64,000 bases of DNA from the NCBI GenBank assembly GCA_965207445.1, contig CBDBLX010000002.1, positions 1,175,849 through 1,239,848 on the forward strand, read 5' to 3'. The notes under the pieces are model-generated. The model was given only the letters and a program-made list of their open reading frames with translations. It was not told the DNA's origin and did not search any database. The DNA is from Nitrosopumilus sp. GTDB taxonomy: Archaea; Thermoproteota; Nitrososphaeria; Nitrososphaerales; Nitrosopumilaceae. The position numbers and the translations under genes were made by a program. This document shows, one piece after another, positions 1-11,431 of the stretch (position 1 is the first letter of the stretch; every line of letters begins with the position of its first letter).

Positions 1-2
1 AA

Positions 3-707
3 TTTCCAGTTGGATATAAAATTTGTATAACGAATCCTCCGTGGTTGGCACGCAACTCTGCTCATCGCAGAAAACTCGTATTCCCTGCACCTGTTCAGTA
101 TGATGATGTGTATCAGTATGCTTTGGAGATTGCTCTAAAATATTGTGAATATGTGGCATTCATAATACCTGCTACATTTTTGCGCAGTGGACTGTTTCGT
201 AAACGTCTAGAATCATTTGTATTGATTGAACGTCCTCTGTTTTATGATACTGATAATCCTGTGTGTCTTGCAATGTTTACTCCTAATGCTGCACGTACTC
301 AAATATGGGCCGAGAACAAATTTATCAATTATTTGGATAGTTTGGAGATGATATACAATAAACACGCCCACAACACTGACAAAACTGTGCGATTCAATGC
401 ACCTGATGGTGAACTTGGCTTGTTGGGTGTGGATAATACTAAAGATGCATCAATACGCTTTTGTCATGGATCTGAACTCTCTCATAGAGTTGTGGTGCAC
501 AGTGATCGTTCTATAACTCGAATAGACCCTGGGATAAAAGTGACATCAGATTTGATAGATAGTTTAAACGAAACTCTAAATAAATTCCGTAATGACACAT
601 ATGATCTGTTTTTAGCTCCATTTAAGGGATTGCGAGCAGATGGTAAATATCGTCGACGGCTGGATTATGCTACAGCTCGAGGATTGATTGCCAAACATTT
701 GAAATAG
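3..707 (+). CDS. DNA amino-methyltransferase (N6A/N4C), 5' end outside window
   Basis: Frame is open from position 3: FPVGYKICITNPPWLARNSA, containing NPPW motif IV, followed by AFIIPATF. Confidence 0.7.
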   Translation, partial: FPVGYKICITNPPWLARNSAHRRKLVFPAPVQYDDVYQYALEIALKYCEYVAFIIPATFLRSGLFRKRLESFVLIERPLFYDTDNPVCLAMFTPNAARTQIWAENKFINYLDSLEMIYNKHAHNTDKTVRFNAPDGELGLLGVDNTKDASIRFCHGSELSHRVVVHSDRSITRIDPGIKVTSDLIDSLNETLNKFRNDTYDLFLAPFKGLRADGKYRRRLDYATARGLIAKHLK

Positions 708-882
708 ATTGTGTTTGAAATGTGCGTTTGTGTATGGATGATATTTTTCAAAGTCACAAGATTATGATATATGGATTCATGGCACTGGTGTTTAATTTAA
801 AAGATTATATGACAATATAATTTTAATAACACACTATATTGTAATTATTGATGCTATTTATAATGTATGTTAATTATTGGCA

Positions 883-1319
883 GTAACTGTTCAACTGCCC
901 ATCTAACCGTTCGTATATCTCATCTCTTTGCCGGATGGCCGATTCTGCACTCACTTTTTACTCAATATATTCATCTTTATACTATCCATTGTGACTCAGG
1001 CATTACCACACACCCACAAGACTGTCTATCTGCGTGGCCATTTCGTGCAGTTCCCTGCGTAACACTACTGTCTTAGATACTGCAACAGTCATCTCAAGAC
1101 ACTCTCGTATTGGTTAAATTCAATCCACGTGATGAATTGTTATTGATATTTGCGCTCATTATTTTTCAAAGGTAATCATGAGTGACGATATCTGTTTATC
1201 ACCTCGCGCACTGACCTTGCGATCTGATCTAGAATAGTAGTATACGTAATGCGTGGGCAGATAATCAAGTCAAAGCCGAATTTGTTGCTACTCTGGAATT
1301 GAGGGGGTTGAACGGTTAC
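883..1319 (-). mobile_element. Internally deleted IS66 derivative (437 bp)
   Basis: Ends GTAACTGTTCAAC / GTTGAACGGTTAC; interior is a diverged reverse-complement copy of about 13972-14415. Confidence 0.85.
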
Positions 1320-1367
1320 ATACCCGTCATTCACAACGTATAACATCTACTATACTCACCGTCACAC

Positions 1368-1844
1368 ATGACAGATGCGCGCTTGGCAAAATTCATCCAA
1401 TTCCTAGAGGACGAGAACTTGGCAAAATTTGACATAGACGGAGAAGGAGAGCGCCAGTTTGAGAACCGGTTCCTGATTCAAAAGTATGTGTATCTGGCCA
1501 AGAAATTCGGGCTTGATCTGCCGTATGACTATGACATTTACATGTGCGGGCCCTGTTCAAGTGCCCTTACCAAGACTTACTGCAGCATGGCGAGAAACGG
1601 GAACGTGTACTTGCTGGCCGACAGCTCGTCTCTGGGTGCGTCGTTTGATGCGGAGGGGTTCCTCAAGGCAATACGTGACAAGGACAAGCGCTGGCTGGAG
1701 ATTGCCACCACCCTGATCGACTGCAGTGACCGTTACAAGGATCGCAAGGATCTAGTCGAGATTACCAAATACATGAGGGACGACGAGGAGGATCTACTCG
1801 TCTCAAAGACGTTGTCCGATCTGGAAGCATTGCGTATGTTATAG
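1368..1844 (+). CDS. YwgA/SocA(Panacea)-like antitoxin-type protein
   Basis: RFLIQKYVYL..FG.DL.Y.Y....GP.SSAL resembles the QK..Y...GPYS signature; GC-richer than flanks. Confidence 0.55.
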   Translation: MTDARLAKFIQFLEDENLAKFDIDGEGERQFENRFLIQKYVYLAKKFGLDLPYDYDIYMCGPCSSALTKTYCSMARNGNVYLLADSSSLGASFDAEGFLKAIRDKDKRWLEIATTLIDCSDRYKDRKDLVEITKYMRDDEEDLLVSKTLSDLEALRML

Positions 1845-1877
1845 AAAGTCACGGATCTTTAGGCGGGTATTTCTAGA

Positions 1878-1928
1878 GCACAAATTCACCGCCTAATGTC
1901 TGGCGCAGGTATGGGATTGAACGGTTAC
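1878..1928 (+). mobile_element. Partial 81-bp IS66-type MITE (right arm)
   Basis: GCACAAATTCACCGCCTAATGTCTGGCGCAGGTATGGGATTGAACGGTTAC matches the family. Confidence 0.85.
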
Positions 1929-2077
1929 TATCGTACTTGGCTACTAGTTGGAATCGCGATGTGTGCCATCTCTGCTTTGAATTGGAGTGTGCTTGTGGGA
2001 TTGGTTTGTGGAACTATGAAATAAAGATTCTAAAATAATCAAAGTTATTTTATCATCACTTTATGAAATTTACAACC

Positions 2078-3523
2078 TCACTTGTTTTTTGACTTTGGTG
2101 CACGCAAAAGTGCAGGTATTGCATCTTTGATAGTCTTTTGTGTACGCTCAAGTAGCATTATAAGTTCATGTTCTGCTATTGCAAGAGGAGGGACTATCAT
2201 AACCACACTACCTAATGTACGTAAATACACTCCGTTCTTTCTACCCATTTGATATATGATATAATTCATCGATGGCTCTGAGCAGATGGGCTTTCCACTA
2301 TCAATTAGTTCAATTCCCATTACCATTCCTTTGTGTTTGATATTCCCTACGGCATCAATTCTAAAAAATTCATCTATGTAATCATTGAAGACTTGAGACA
2401 TATTTTTGATATGTCTTATCAGACCATGCTTTGCATACATTGTAATGTTTTTGTTTGCAGTTGCAGTTGCAATGGGATTTCCGGTAAATGTATGACCATG
2501 AAACAGATGTAACAATTCCTCGTATTTTCCAAGAAAAGCATCATATATTCGTTTTGATGTAAGTGTTGCTGCAAGTGGGAAATATCCTCCTGTAAGCATC
2601 TTACCATACACAACTATATCTGCATCAGAGTTCTCACTCTCATATACGCACATAGGACCCAATCTACCAAATCCTGTTGCAACTTCATCTATAATTAATA
2701 GTATGTCGTGTTCTTTGCATATGCGACTGATTTGATTTTGAAACGTACGCGTGTATATTTGAACACCACCTGCCATCTGAACCCCACTTTCCATTATTAT
2801 GGCAGCTATGTCATTGCGATGTGAAAGAATATCTGATATTTCAGATATGCATTTGTCTTGTGTGTTACTCTCATCACCATCACCATCACCATCACCACCA
2901 CTACTACCATACTTTTTCTGATCTTTTAATGATGAATTCATATGTGATCGTGTTGGCACTGGCAGTTTTATTGAATTGCATATCATGTGTTGTCCATATT
3001 TTGCAAAGAACTCTGGTATCTGTCCTACTGACATTGCACCATACGTATCTCCATGATATCCTCGATTCAATGATGCTATTGTGGTGCGGCCTCTTTCCCC
3101 AACATTTGCCCAATATTGAAATGCTATCTTTAGTGCAACTTCTATTGCAGTAGAACCATTATCTGAATACATGACACGATGCATGCCTGGTGACATTTTT
3201 ATTAATTTACGCGCCAGTACTTCTGCTGGTTTATGAGTGAGATTAAAGAGCGGTGAGTGCTGCAATACCTGCATTTGAGTCCTCATCGCATCAACTAGTT
3301 CTTTGTTTGAGTGTCCCCATACGTTGCACCACATCGATGCTACACCATCGATCATCTTGTGTCCTTTGGAGTCTACAAGCCATACCCCATCTCCTTTACA
3401 TATGGAATCAAACTTACCCCACTCGGACATCTGAGTGTTCGGATGCCATACATGAGATGTTAATTTTTTTATTCTTGCCATTGATCGTATGCATGTATTT
3501 GGATTATAAACAGATTTTGTCAA
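2078..3523 (-). CDS. bioA: Adenosylmethionine-8-amino-7-oxononanoate transaminase
   Basis: VWHPNTQM, DGVASMW, YHGDT, DEVATGFGR, GKMLTGG, HGHTF motifs; divergent from bioD. Confidence 0.95.
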   Translation of the reverse strand: MTKSVYNPNTCIRSMARIKKLTSHVWHPNTQMSEWGKFDSICKGDGVWLVDSKGHKMIDGVASMWCNVWGHSNKELVDAMRTQMQVLQHSPLFNLTHKPAEVLARKLIKMSPGMHRVMYSDNGSTAIEVALKIAFQYWANVGERGRTTIASLNRGYHGDTYGAMSVGQIPEFFAKYGQHMICNSIKLPVPTRSHMNSSLKDQKKYGSSGGDGDGDGDESNTQDKCISEISDILSHRNDIAAIIMESGVQMAGGVQIYTRTFQNQISRICKEHDILLIIDEVATGFGRLGPMCVYESENSDADIVVYGKMLTGGYFPLAATLTSKRIYDAFLGKYEELLHLFHGHTFTGNPIATATANKNITMYAKHGLIRHIKNMSQVFNDYIDEFFRIDAVGNIKHKGMVMGIELIDSGKPICSEPSMNYIIYQMGRKNGVYLRTLGSVVMIVPPLAIAEHELIMLLERTQKTIKDAIPALLRAPKSKNK

Positions 3524-3537
3524 TAACCATTATTTAA

Positions 3538-4293
<756 letters not shown>

Positions 4294-4367
4294 TGAATTA
4301 GACAGGGATTTTTGTGTTTGTTGTACAGTGATATATTTTCACTTTAATGATATGTTATGTGTAGTGT

Positions 4368-5129
4368 TTACATTCCTAATATGCTCAAATTATTTGATGA
4401 GTTTTGATTATGTTTAAGAAATGATTTAATTTCTGAGAATATTGTTGTAAAATTACAATTACTTTGGCTGCTAATTTGGAATTTCTTAGTTGACTCTAAT
4501 GATGTGGTAAATTGGGGACATTTCATATCATTTGATGTTACAACAAGCCATAGATTTTGGTGTCTTGGTTGTATTTTGGATATTGCAGATAATTTGGTGC
4601 ATATTTTATTTATATCATCATCTATTGCTATACATATTATAAGACTTTGAGATGCGTTTTGCTTGAGCACTCTGATATCAGGAATTACCACATCTAGCTC
4701 TATTGAATCGTATGTGATCTTACGTTGGCTCTTTATGAGGGCTTTTGTGAGTGTATAGTGTAAAATTACAGTTGCCAATACGTATAATGCTGTATTATAA
4801 CTAGCACCCATTTTTTGAGCCAGACTTTTGATTTTATCATGGCATGCTAATATGATATCTTGTACAATGCCATCATAGTCGTGTTTTGTTGCTAGTTTGG
4901 GTATTGTGCTTGAGTTGTTTATATAATCAAATATAGTTGATTTTAAAATATCTGTAATATTATTGTCGTCCTTGTCATATTTGTTGTGTGTGATGTGTTT
5001 ATGATGTGTATTGTCTGACTTGTCTTTGGGTGGTGTGATATTATTATACATGTGATTCATTTCTGTATCATGTGTTTTGTTATTCATTGTACTTGTAGTG
5101 TCTCTCACCACGTGACTCTTTGTCTGCAT
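4368..5129 (-). CDS. Hypothetical protein (start uncertain)
   Basis: 253-aa ORF overlapping the end of HMG-CoA synthase; low-complexity N-terminus. Confidence 0.6.
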   Translation of the reverse strand: MQTKSHVVRDTTSTMNNKTHDTEMNHMYNNITPPKDKSDNTHHKHITHNKYDKDDNNITDILKSTIFDYINNSSTIPKLATKHDYDGIVQDIILACHDKIKSLAQKMGASYNTALYVLATVILHYTLTKALIKSQRKITYDSIELDVVIPDIRVLKQNASQSLIICIAIDDDINKICTKLSAISKIQPRHQNLWLVVTSNDMKCPQFTTSLESTKKFQISSQSNCNFTTIFSEIKSFLKHNQNSSNNLSILGM

Positions 5130-6480
5130 TTACACTAACAAGTGTAAACTCGTGATGGTTTGTAATTAGTGCGTCTTCTGGTCGCAACTGATTCTCATGT
5201 AATTGCACATACTCATCCCACGTGAGTCTTTTTCGATTGCCAATCTCATCTTCTAAATTCATATTTTTTACTACTTCTTTGTATTCTTGCTCTATCACGC
5301 CGCTGAATACCATTGCACTACTACCACTACCATAAGAGCCAAAGCCTACGCGTTTATTATACAGTTCTATGCCTTTTTTGTGCTCAAACTCAAGGCAGCT
5401 ACGAAATCCCAAATACAAAGATGCAGTGTACAGGTTTCCGATCATACTTGATGCGATAAGTGAACTTGCAAGTTTTGACTCGTAAATCTCCTTGTATTGA
5501 ATCGTCTCTGTGAACATCTTTGTAAATTCTTGGTCTTTTTTCATAAATTCTGTATCTGCTAGTACCGATTCAATAGTCCCCCGCGGGTCTTTTGGTATGG
5601 GCTCTTCTATTCCAACATTTTTCAAGACATCTTTCCACCGCGGCAGATGCCTCCATTCATGTCGAACTAAATATGCGAGCGCCTTTTTACCCATCTTGCT
5701 GTATGGCAAATGCATGTTTATGTAATCCATATGATCCAGTATTGTCCCGTCTTTTTTGATCTCAAAGAGTTTTGTAGCGAGCACCTTTTTCTTGTATATC
5801 TCTAGTGCTTTTTTGATCTGCATCATGTATAACATATTAGAATACTGTCCGTGTACAATCGGAGTCTCTTTTCCAAATGGGCGGTAAAAGTCATACTCGT
5901 CTTTTATTGAAGTTGATGTCACGCGTGGATCAAATGACAACAGTCTGGGATGGTCTGATAACAGCATTACAACTGCACCTGCCCCTTGAGTCATCTCACC
6001 ACCAGAACCCATATCATACTTTGCAATATCAGATACAACTACAAGCGCATACTGGTCTTCGGACTCTCCTGCTCGAATCCAATTTGTATTGTCATATAGT
6101 GCATAAGAGCCACTAACACATGCAAATTTTGTCTCTACACCTCCGCAGTGCTCAAACGTACCTTGACCATATACTTGCTCTAGCATACCTATTACATACG
6201 AGTTCATCGCCTTTGATTCGTCAAGTGATGACTCTGTGGATACGTACAATCTGCCAATATCATCTGGCTTTAGACTGTTCTTTTGCATTATCTTCAAGCA
6301 CGCATTTGCAGCAAGGCATGCGGGGTCTTGGTTTGCATCTACCATTGCCATCTGTGAGACCCCAAGACCCTTTTGGAGTTTTACAGGGTCAAGTCCACGT
6401 GCAGATGCAAAGTCCGATGCGTCCAAATACAGTTTGGGAATGTATATGGCAATATCATCAATACCTGCTACCATGCGCAT
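5080..6480 (-). CDS. mvaS: Hydroxymethylglutaryl-CoA synthase
   Basis: GIDDI, STES..DESK, KFACVSG, TQGAGA, DFYRP, HLPY, GNLYTAS, SYGSG. Confidence 0.92.
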   Translation of the reverse strand: MRMVAGIDDIAIYIPKLYLDASDFASARGLDPVKLQKGLGVSQMAMVDANQDPACLAANACLKIMQKNSLKPDDIGRLYVSTESSLDESKAMNSYVIGMLEQVYGQGTFEHCGGVETKFACVSGSYALYDNTNWIRAGESEDQYALVVVSDIAKYDMGSGGEMTQGAGAVVMLLSDHPRLLSFDPRVTSTSIKDEYDFYRPFGKETPIVHGQYSNMLYMMQIKKALEIYKKKVLATKLFEIKKDGTILDHMDYINMHLPYSKMGKKALAYLVRHEWRHLPRWKDVLKNVGIEEPIPKDPRGTIESVLADTEFMKKDQEFTKMFTETIQYKEIYESKLASSLIASSMIGNLYTASLYLGFRSCLEFEHKKGIELYNKRVGFGSYGSGSSAMVFSGVIEQEYKEVVKNMNLEDEIGNRKRLTWDEYVQLHENQLRPEDALITNHHEFTLVSVNADKESRGERHYKYNE

Positions 6481-6945
6481 GAATCATATGATTTTGTTAA
6501 TAAGGTTTTGTGATTTGGATATTTGTAATGTTTGTATATTGTATAATATATTGTATATATGTAATGTTTTTTGTATGTTATATTTAATTATACAAAATTT
6601 TTCTTTCTATAAATGAATATTTATAAAGTTAATGGTTGAATATGTGCCAAGTGTATGGTATTGATTTGACTCTTGCTGTGTTTGTTGTGTATTTTTTGTA
6701 GTAATGGTGGTAGCCGCAGCAGTAGCCGCAGCAGTAGCAGCCGCCATAACACTAGATGCAACACTGTATCTGCGAGTCTGTGCTTTGTGCAAAATGGACT
6801 AGCTGCAACACTAACTACAACACTAGCTGCAACATTGTTGACATTCAACTGACAATTTCATAATCTTATAGATGAACACTCTCAGATGCACACACTCGAC
6901 GAGTTCAGATAACATACACTTTATAAAAATTCCAAGTCAATGTAT

Positions 6946-7026
6946 GTAACCGTACAACTCATTCTCAAGTTTAGACACAGATTCATCGCCTAACTTCTAG
7001 TGTAGACATGGGGGTTGAACGGTTAC
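6946..7026 (+). mobile_element. 81-bp IS66-type MITE
   Basis: GTAACCGTACAAC...GTTGAACGGTTAC with family core. Confidence 0.9.
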
Positions 7027-7269
7027 AACTCCTATATGAATATACATATAACAGGCGTATACAAAAATACATTTTAGAAGTTCCCAACAAACCGAGAAAA
7101 CCTGCATCAGTCATCAAGATGTATGAGAAAAACAAAAAAGTTCACATTACTTGTCGTCAAAATCAAAAAAACAATGCCAAAAAAACTGATGAAATAATAG
7201 ATCAGTGTGTAGCATTTGTCACAAATATGATAATCACTAACAAAAGCAAACTCCTCAAAACAACCCTTG

Positions 7270-7753
7270 AGACTTGTTGCAAGCGCTGAATAATGGAGAT
7301 GGGTTATGTAGTGATAAAAAATATGACTTTAAAAACAACTAGAAATGTCTTGCAAGTCCAATATTGTTGATATTTTTTGGAATGTTGTTATATGGTTTGT
7401 GAGCAATGGCAAGGTACAAAAATTATGACAGACTTTGGTGGAAAATTATTCACAATGGATGATTTATGGATTCAATTGCCGGATTGATCAGAGGACTGTT
7501 TTATAGAAATTGAAACATGGTGGTTACTTGCCACGGTAAATGTACCACACTGTATAATTAAAAATAAGATCATTGAAATTGAGATGTGAACCAATCCCCA
7601 TGACATATAATTATTCAAAAATAACTTCTAGCCAAATGTATTGCATGCACAATACTCGATATACAGGCAAGAATATAACCAAATACAAATATGTATTTCA
7701 TTATTGTGTCCAATGACCTTGATTTACACAAATTGGACACATTGCGGACTACT
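7270..7753. repeat. Dispersed ~330-bp repeat (second copy 61801-62131) with a nested MITE
   Basis: Colinear similarity from GACTTGT(T/C)GCAAGCGCTG to CACATTGCG(G/A)ACTACT once 7584-7729 is removed. Confidence 0.75.
7584..7729. mobile_element. ~148-bp MITE, GTGTGAACC family
   Basis: Similar to 46264-46412 (reverse) and 57960-58104; flanked by AAATTGAG/AAATTGGA. Confidence 0.75.
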
Positions 7754-8143
7754 AATGTAGCGCAGAGGGAGAGATTTTAAGTATACATGTAAAAAACGTG
7801 CTTTTCTATTTACAATATAATCTAAATTTATTATGTTTTAATCACATGTATTCTAAAATCTTCTGGATTCAAGTTTACATGTTTTATTAACCTGATTGTG
7901 TTTTTTACAATGGATTTTTTGTTAAGTTGCCTGTATACATAAAATCCACTTTGTAACTGTACATAAACTTTTAAATTAAAATGAGGTTTATCTTTTGTAA
8001 CTATGGGATTTTTTCTACCAAGTGTAGGACAATTGTCTCTTGTGATATAGTTTTTTTCTACCAAATATGACGTCGTGTGTAAAAGTATGTGAAACCAGGC
8101 CTTGCAAATTTTGGATGTCTGGTCTGGATATAATACCTCAATT

Positions 8144-9086
8144 GGTAATTGAACATTGGGTTGAAATTTGAGCAGAGTGTAATCTTGATTAGTTTTTTCT
8201 ATTGGTACAGATTGCGTTGTTACTGCTGGTGTTTGCTCTGTGATTCTAAAGTCATCTAAAGGTAGATTTGAATACTTTAGCAGCTTTTTTGCATTATCTA
8301 TCATTCCCTGTGTACTCAAATTTGTATTAAGGTAAAAATTTCGTTTAATTTGTTTATGCCATCTCATTGCAACTCCTGTTTGATGCTTTTTACTCGTGTT
8401 CAAAATAGCATTTTTTGGGCCTGATTTTATGGGGCAATCTGATTCGTTTATGTAATTATTTTCTATCAGGTAATTGGCTATCCCTTCGAGTATGTTTATC
8501 CAATGTTTACACATTATGGGATGATCGTTTTTACAAATCAAATAAACTGGTAGATTTTCTTTTGCTTTAAAGTCATATATTGAGATGCCTTTCTGTGTTT
8601 GCTGCTGCTGCTGCTGTTTTTTATTCTCACTCGGTAATTGAACATTGGGTTGAAATTTGAGCAGAGTGTAATCTTGATTAGTTTTTTCTATTGGTACAGA
8701 TTGCGTTGTTACTGCTGGTGTTTGCTCTGTGATTCTAAAGTCATCTAAAGGTAGATTTGAATACTTTAGCAGCTTTTTTGCATTATCTATCATTCCCTGT
8801 GTACTCAAATTTGTATTAAGGTAAAAATTTCGTTTAATTTGTTTATGCCATCTCATTGCAACTCCTGTTTGATGCTTTTTACTCGTGTTCAAAATAGCAT
8901 TTTTTGGGCCTGATTTTATGGGGCAATCTGATTCGTTTATGTAATTATTTTCTATCAGGTAATTGGCTATCCCTTCGAGTATGTTTATCCAATGTTTACA
9001 CATTATGGGATGATCGTTTTTACAAATCAAATAAACTGGTAGATTTTCTTTTGCTTTAAAGTCATATATTGAGATGCCTTTCTGTG
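8144..9086. repeat. Near-exact tandem duplication, period 489 bp (8144-8597 and 8633-9086)
   Basis: Identical translated block KGISIYDFK...QPNVQLP occurs twice. Confidence 0.95.
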
Positions 9087-9385
9087 CATGCTGAGGTTGT
9101 TTTTCGTTATTACCTTTAGATTTCTTACTATTTATCGGATAGATAGAATCAATTATGAGATCTCTTTTTAACTTGTTTAATTTAGTGTAGACATCATTAG
9201 ATGTTATGCACAATGACACAATCAAATTTTTATGACCATATTAGGTATGACTGATAAGATCATATATTTAAGCTTAAATGCATTTATAACAAAAAACCTG
9301 CCAGTATTGATAATTATATATGATTAATTAATTAATAATATATGTTCATAAAAAGATCTAAATATATGGGCCTATAAATAATTGT

Positions 9386-11431
9386 ATGAAATCTAACTTA
9401 GATTCTACGATATCGTGTGATGGGCTCGATAGTGACACTTTTGATACAATCTATCTGGATTCAGATGAGTGGCAAAAGTTAATGGGTGTGATCGATCGCG
9501 AAATGTCCAAAGTGCAAAAAGTGAACAGGGGCGTCACTCACAGAGATAATTATTGGGTACGATTTATTGAAGAGATACTGTCTTCTGATCAAAGCACGCG
9601 CAGATGGACGGGATTTGACAAGCGTGGACTTGATCTGATTTGGACATCTTTTTCTGAGCGATGGGAGGAAATGGAGCGCGCAGAAATTGCACGAAGACGT
9701 GAATCCAAATTGACGCGCGCAGGAAAGCGTGGTCCGAGGCCTATGGCAGACGTGGCAGCAGACAAACAAAACAACATTCCAATGGTACGCAATGATCCTG
9801 CAAGGGGTTCTGCGCCAGGCAACAGGTGCAAACTAGAGCCGTTTTACATCATGGTTCTGGCACTCATGCGCAAATATGGCAACGAAAGTGAGGGAAAGTT
9901 GGGAGACATGTTTGGTATAAACCAGTCAACTGTATCTAGATATTTGATACTTGCCGATCGCATACTTACAGAGACACTACCAACTCCTGAAAAAATTATG
10001 AATCTCATAAAAGAGATTGGCACTGCCAAAGAATTTGCAAGGTTATTCCCAGATGATACAGGTGAGTCAGTTGTGATATTTGATGGAACACACGTGCGAT
10101 TTGCAAGGCCCCTCAAGGCAGAACTGCGAGATCCTATGATATCATACAAGAAAAAGTATCCCAGTGGAAACACGGTCATAATGACATCAGCAGACGGCCT
10201 GATACTAGGAGCAAGCAAAACATACAACGGTCGAGTCCATGACATTGCAATAACGCGGGATTTTCTAGAAGGTATGGGCCAATTTGGCAAGATGCTTCAA
10301 GGCAAACTCAATAATACAGAGAACCAAAAACTGCAATCAGAGCAGACAGATACAGAGAACCAAAAACTGCAATCAGAGCAGACAGATACAGAGAACCAAA
10401 AACTGCAATCAGAGCAGACAGATACAGAGAACCAAAAACTGCAATCAGAGCAGACAGATACAGAGAACCAAAAACTGCAATCAGAGCAGACAGATACAGA
10501 GAACCAAAAACTGCAATCAGAGCAGACAGATACAGAGAACCAAAAACTGCAATCAGAGCAGACAGATACAGAGAACCAAAAACTGCAATCAGAGCAGACA
10601 GATACAGAGAACCAAAAACTGCAATCAGAGCAGACAGATACAGAGAACCAAAAACTGCAATCAGAGCAGACAGATACAGAGAACCAAAAACTGCAATCAG
10701 AGCAGACAGATACAGAGAACCAAAAACTGCAATCAGAGCAGACAGATACAGAGAACCAAAAACTGCAATCAGAGCAGACAGATACAGAGAACCAAAAACT
10801 GCAATCAGAGCAGACAGATACAGAGAACCAAACAGTTCACTTTGAAGAAAAAGCCCAAGCATCTGCAACTACAGTAGACGACTGCACACAAACAAACCAA
10901 AAGAAACATCTGCAAGAAGAGTCATCAGAGTTCACATCTAAAGAAACAGAGATAAGGATACTCTGCGGGCTGGTCGCGCTTGAATCTACTAAAAAATCCG
11001 AACAAAAGCGGGCCGTACTTGATGCATCTAGAAGACTCGAGGCCATGCACGACCTAGAAAGACTCCTTGGTGAACCACCATCAAACAAGACAAGAGTTCT
11101 GGGCGATTCGGGATTTCAGGGATTAAAACAAGACATACCGGCAGCAGATGTTCATTACCCGTTTAAGAACTCAAAGACGATGAAAATTACACCCGAGCAA
11201 AAAGAGTACAATCGAGAATTGAGCAAAATACGCGTTAAAGTAGAAAATGCAATCTGTGCAGCCAAGCACTTTAGGCGCGTATCTGAGATATACAACGGCA
11301 GTCTAGACGAGTTCAACAAAGAGTTTAACGTTGCCTGTGGATTGGCCAACCTTCGATACATGCTACGTACCGGTACATACGACTATTGGGCCTCGAAGCT
11401 GGGCCTACCAACATACGATAAACGTCGCTAA
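9386..11431 (+). CDS. DDE_Tnp_4-type transposase with 14 x 12-aa repeats
   Basis: HTH FGINQSTVSRY; DGT, HD, GDSGF, RVKVEN catalytic motifs. Confidence 0.92.
   Translation: MKSNLDSTISCDGLDSDTFDTIYLDSDEWQKLMGVIDREMSKVQKVNRGVTHRDNYWVRFIEEILSSDQSTRRWTGFDKRGLDLIWTSFSERWEEMERAEIARRRESKLTRAGKRGPRPMADVAADKQNNIPMVRNDPARGSAPGNRCKLEPFYIMVLALMRKYGNESEGKLGDMFGINQSTVSRYLILADRILTETLPTPEKIMNLIKEIGTAKEFARLFPDDTGESVVIFDGTHVRFARPLKAELRDPMISYKKKYPSGNTVIMTSADGLILGASKTYNGRVHDIAITRDFLEGMGQFGKMLQGKLNNTENQKLQSEQTDTENQKLQSEQTDTENQKLQSEQTDTENQKLQSEQTDTENQKLQSEQTDTENQKLQSEQTDTENQKLQSEQTDTENQKLQSEQTDTENQKLQSEQTDTENQKLQSEQTDTENQKLQSEQTDTENQKLQSEQTDTENQKLQSEQTDTENQKLQSEQTDTENQTVHFEEKAQASATTVDDCTQTNQKKHLQEESSEFTSKETEIRILCGLVALESTKKSEQKRAVLDASRRLEAMHDLERLLGEPPSNKTRVLGDSGFQGLKQDIPAADVHYPFKNSKTMKITPEQKEYNRELSKIRVKVENAICAAKHFRRVSEIYNGSLDEFNKEFNVACGLANLRYMLRTGTYDYWASKLGLPTYDKRR
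10316..10832 (+). repeat. 36-bp tandem array, 14 units (TENQKLQSEQTD)
   Basis: ACAGAGAACCAAAAACTGCAATCAGAGCAGACAGAT repeated without spacers. Confidence 0.97.

Noticed and set aside
41..58. GTGGTTGGCACGCAA resembling the IS end at 35618
   Set aside because: Falls in the NPPWLAR codons of the methyltransferase; coincidence
2821..3153. Poly-His ORF and other antisense/alternate-frame ORFs (e.g. 46718-47530, 9844-10290, 62320-63995 minus)
   Set aside because: Shadows of real genes on the other strand or frame
10316..10832. 36-bp array as CRISPR
   Set aside because: No unique spacers, in-frame inside a transposase, no cas genes
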